From assembly GCA_032718475.1 (NCBI GenBank), contig JAUCBJ010002506.1:91440-155439 (forward strand): a stretch of 64,000 bases of DNA. Direction: 5' to 3'. Position numbers and translations under genes: made by a program. Position 1 is the stretch's first letter. Every line of letters begins with the position of its first letter. The notes under the pieces were generated by a model. That model had not been told where the DNA came from and searched no databases. It saw only the letters and a list, made by a program, of their open reading frames with translations. This DNA is from Nemertoderma westbladi (taxonomy: Eukaryota > Animalia > Xenacoelomorpha). Positions 59,701-64,000 of this stretch are shown here, piece by piece.

Positions 59701-62700
59701 TGACATCTACAAACTGAGGCCAATGTAAAGAATGGCCATGATACGGAGGCCGTGCGATTTCGCAAAAAAAAATTTCAAAACCCTTATAAAAACATTTACA
59801 GGCAAAATATAAAATTTCAACTTCATGTGACATCGACGGTGAGTGGAACTAGTTGTGTTTCAAATTCTAAGCATTATGATAAAGATTTGTAGAAAAATTT
59901 GGGGGGGGGGGGGGGGTGGGGAGTTCCATGGTGTACAATTGTACGAAATAATTATGACCCTTTAAATTATCTACGGCTACTATTTAATTTATAAATGATA
60001 AATTATAATTTTATTATATATAATTTTTAATGAATTTCGAATTAAAGTTAATTGGAATTTCTGAGTAAATTGTTGTGTTTTACTGTAGTACTGGTTGGTT
60101 GGTACCTCATTGGGGCGGTTATACTTTATCTTTTAGAAAAAAAATATCCTGGATAATCATAAAATTAACAACATTATCACTCCATGTAATTTTGGAAAAA
60201 GTTTTTTAGATCGATAAAAGTAATGATTCAATTATTAATTATATGTTCAGATATTATAAGATATTATAAATATATTTCGGGCACAAATAATGTCCATTAT
60301 CAATATAATAAGTACTGGAATAGGTACAACTATCATACCGGTGTGCAATTTTTTACATTCAGTAGTTCTATAGTTAGTGCTTAGTGGTCATATTTACTGT
60401 ACCGGTATCATACCGTAGACTAGACCTACATCCATACCCTGATAGTTGTACCTATTCCAGTACTTATTATATTGATAATGGACATTATTTGTGCCCGAAA
60501 TATATTTATAATATCTTATAATATCTGAACATATAATTAATAATTGAATCACTCCATGTAATATTTATAAATATAATATAATTTTAATAATTCAATTGAA
60601 TATAAATGTTCCACAAAGATATATGGTAAAAACAGCTGATGAAATAATAATGAATTAAAACTAACTTGGTTTTGTTGGTTTGGTGCCCAATGGGACAGTC
60701 AGACGTTCATCACCACAACGGTCATTGTCAACTAAATAAAATAAATAATATTATTTAAATCTAATCTCCAAACAAGGGGGGGGGGGGGGGGGGTCTGGCT
60801 TAGTATCTCGATCATTCCCTAAATATCCGTTAATGGCACAAAATCTTTTTGGTGTGTTTAAAAAATTCAATTAATTTCAAATATTAAGGGAAAGAAGCAG
60901 GTTAAAGGGCGGTTTTCTAACCAAAACAGTAAGAATAAACGAACTTTATTTTATTGAAGCAGTCGGTTTGCGACACTATCTGCATAAGTAACTATGATGT
61001 AGTGATATATCTTTATATTTTATTACATTGGGTAACAATACAGTTTTAAGGTTTTCACAATTTAAGCGCCCTCTAGTATTCAATTCATCCTACATACATC
61101 ATATCTACATCATCATCTACATACATATATACATACACACCTACATACACCACATATAAGAAAATACGAATATAAATTATTTGTACCGGGGGATTAATAC
61201 TTTGGGGACTGCCCTTGAAACACTTTTATATACACCGCTTATTTTATGAAACACTAATTAACACATTAACACAAATTTTTTCATAAACGTTTTTTCTACT
61301 GACTGACTGTCTGACCATATAGTTTCCCTTAATTGGTAAAGTGATCGTTTATTGTTTTGGTTAGAAAAGCCCGTATTTGTAACCTGATCCTTTCCCTCAA
61401 TTGGTAAAGTGGCCGTTTATTGTTTGTGTTAGAAAAGCCTGCCACTGTAACCTGCCCCTTTCCCTCAATTGGTTTATTATTACACTTATAAAAAAATACG
61501 TTTATAAAAAAAATTGTAAAAAAAGTGTAGGGCCTATAATAAAATAAGCGCATTTTAAGCGGTATAGTGTATACCGTAGGGTACCGGTATATAAAAGTGT
61601 TTAAAGGGACGGTTCCTAAAGTAATTATACCCTGTACCGGTATTAATGATATTATACAATACGAAAACTAAAACTAATGATATTCATCTTTACTTCTTTA
61701 GGCCCCTAATTGATATTTAAGGTTTTTATTTTTATTTTTAAAATTTAACTTATTAAGCAGCTAGTTATTATACAGTTAACGGTATAAAATTACTTAATTA
61801 ATTAATTACTACAACCACCATCGCAACATACTGACATACGACAATCAGACAACGGCAACTAACCTAGCGCTCAAATCAGTTTTGTACAAACCACTGGCAG
61901 TGGCAATGGTTAGATACTGCAGTACAGGGGACCTCTCTTGAATGCAGTCAGCAGTGTGCAGACAGTTCTGCAGTTTTCTGCATTCTATTTGCAATTTTCT
62001 GCTCTTTTATTTTTTCAAATCGTTTATTGTTTTGGTTCCTTTCTGCTTCCTTTATTTTTCAATTTTTTTCGTGATTTGTTGTGATTCTGAAATCAGCAGG
62101 CAGGAGGGTCCCCTTCCCTGTATCTAACCAGTGCCCAAACCTACAAACCACTTACGTCACGTACGTCTACACATTTTTTTATATACAGTAGGCCTAATTT
62201 AATTGTATGACTGCGAAATTTCCGACATTGCACATTGTTGCCATAGATAGATGACCCGAAGAATAGTTAATTTTAAAATTATACCCCTACCCACTACCTC
62301 TGCTACCTAGCACACTCAGAAACTCTGACACTAGCAGCCTAGTACTCAACAGTGTTGAATCAATTACTTCGTCAACACTTAATTAAATATAAAAATATAA
62401 AACTACGATACCTGTACCGGTACAAGAATAATTACATATGCCAGTATGCCTACCACTGTAATAATAACTAGGCCTAATAGCCTACTGTAATAGACTGATA
62501 GGGTAGGCTATTGCACGAAGAAGGCATAAAAATAGAGTCAAAAGTAAAAATATCATCTTTATAATGTAACTTAAACTTCTAGCTGTCTAGGGCTGTAGGG
62601 GCCTACATATCAAAACATGCTGACATGCTAACAGGTAGGCCTAACTGCTAACAGCCAGACAGCCGGCATTATTATAGTTCTGTAGTTAGCCAGTTACGTA

Positions 62701-63053
62701 GTACAGTAGTAGGCCTACAGCTGTACAGTAGTAGACAGTGAGTCTGAGTGAAAAAAATGTAAACAAAAAAACACACCCGTTATACGCAGACTTTGATGTC
62801 GATGGGTTCCGGATGAAGTTATGTTTGCGGGGGAGGCTGTGCGAGAAGTGCCGGTCCCAGTAGCGGCACCAGTACTGGTGCAGGTTCCAGTGCCGGTACC
62901 AACACCAGTACCGGAAGCCGTACTTTTACTGGCACCCGAACCAGTACCGGCACCCGTACCGGATCCAATTTGCCTAAACGATGATGTACCAACCAAACCC
63001 TCATCTTCTTCATTATCATTATCCCATTTTGATTTTACTATAGGCCTATCCAT
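56750..63053 (-). CDS. Candidate spliced gene of unknown function; exons 63053-62777, 60731-60666, 56995-56918, 56875-56750 (3' end unresolved)
   Basis: All exons are GT-AG bounded, phase-1 compatible and stop-free when joined: MDRPIVKSKWDNDNEEDE-(G/T/S-rich)-RIT/VDNDRCGDERLTVPLGTKPTKP/TDDSVGVDDKSRPVPCRPGGSLATTQ/DRNIIYAENPQQLRHSQYSSYNWLVIGGLIGLPVGGGHSIPQ. Confidence 0.45.
57100..59933. mobile_element. Tandem partial copies of a palindromic TA-target MITE related to 47768-48629
   Basis: Repeated GGCCATTTATTATATTTAATAAATACAC / TTTATTAAATAGAATAAATGGCCTTCAGCG cores; ends CCATGGTG|TA. Confidence 0.7.
58036..59242 (+). pseudogene. Decayed 5'-truncated LINE (L2/CR1-group, Crack/Daphne-like) RT plus C-terminal zinc finger
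   Basis: VFVDFEKAFD, GVLQ...SP.LF, YADDLV, NITKTEAVKFRRGGRL, FNYLGI, CKLC......DHLLSDC; TSD-like GAATAAATGG at 58026-58035 and 59247-59256. Confidence 0.88.
60224..60551. repeat. Perfect 112-bp inverted duplication with 104-bp spacer
   Basis: 60224-60335 is the exact reverse complement of 60440-60551. Confidence 0.92.
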
Positions 63054-63394
63054 AATCCTGATAATCTATTCATGCTATTACCAGATTACAGTCTGACAGT
63101 ATTAAACGGCTGAACGGTCCTAGCGCAGTAGCGGTGGTACTGAAGTAGCAATGTAACAGCTGAACAGTTCCCTAACACTGTACAGCTGTAACACACTAAC
63201 TGCACTGTGACTGTACCTAGTCCTGCAGTCCATAGCACAAAGTCACTACTGCACTGAGTCAGTACAGCAGTAGCAGTACGGCAGTACGGCACCGGTACCT
63301 CTATTAATTACAAATTAGTCAGCCTACACATTGCCGCAGTGCCAGTCTGCCAATCGTAACAATACAGATATGGGGCGCCGTTCTGGTCAAATGC

Positions 63395-63810
63395 ACATGT
63401 CATTCTCGCGACGAGATATCATTCTCGCGACGAGATATCATTCTCGCGGCGAGATGTCATTCTCGCGGCGAGATGTCATTCTCGCGACGAGATGTCATTC
63501 TCGCGACGAGATGTCTATTACAGTAGGTTCCTGGGAAATGCTGGCCACCTGAATGGTTTTTTAGTTATACAGTAGTGTGTCGAGTTGAGAATGTTTTCCT
63601 TGTTTTTTTGTGACCAAAAAACGAGAATGACATCTTACTGCGAGAATGACATCTCGCTGCGAGAATGACATCTCGATGCGAGATTCTCGCAGCGAGAACA
63701 CATTCTCGGTGCGAGAAGTCAATCTCGCTGCGAGATTCTCGCAGCGAGAACACATTCTCGGTGCGAGAAGTCAATCTCGCTGCGAGAATGTATTCTCGCA
63801 ATAGCGAGAA
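63395..63810. repeat. Inverted arrays of a 21-bp CATTCTCGCGACGAGATGT-type unit (MITE-like)
   Basis: Direct units at 63400-63515; inverse-type GCGAGAATGACATCTCGC units at 63620-63810. Confidence 0.75.
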
Positions 63811-64000
63811 TACCCTTAATATCGTTATACCCTTATTTGTCTTTATATATTAACTATGAAAATCATATCTTTAATTCAAATCAATAAAAAAATAAAAATA
63901 AACACATTCAGTTAATCCGCTTTGGTCATGTTAACATATTTGCAATATCTTGTAAACCAAATCTACTGTACTGCCAACCAAACTGCTTTTGATGTTAAAC

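Noticed and set aside
15150-60795. Scattered poly-G/poly-C runs as a dedicated system
   Set aside because: Most lie within MITE subtermini or repeat relics, and homopolymer lengths are unreliable in assemblies.

Overview
AT-rich, repeat-dense DNA from an animal genome (probably an invertebrate; species not identifiable from sequence alone). It holds four host genes whose coding regions are each a single exon: a divergent sestrin (8469-10100 +), a secreted or GPI-anchored Ig-like protein (35362-36348 +), TFIIIA/GTF3A (39891-40952 -) and a MANSC-domain LRP11-like membrane protein (44484-45389 +). There is also a candidate small-exon gene on the minus strand (63053 to about 56750) that the ORF track only partly shows. 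The rest is mobile DNA: a 12.1-kb BEL/Pao LTR retrotransposon with enhancer-like tandem arrays in its LTRs, RTE-like and L2/CR1-group LINE relics, tRNA-derived SINEs, many nested MITE or foldback elements with readable target-site duplications (TSDs), Helentron-type repeats, and several satellites. Most notable: sestrin active-site and leucine-pocket substitutions with three ATF4-type elements upstream; intronless coding regions in normally intron-rich genes; strong clustering of TA-flanked footprint-like words (TAGGCCTA, TACCGGTA, TACWGTA) at promoters; a roughly 147-bp-period CTCF-like motif array; and a bistable 70-bp hairpin array. All calls were made by eye; no database search was run.
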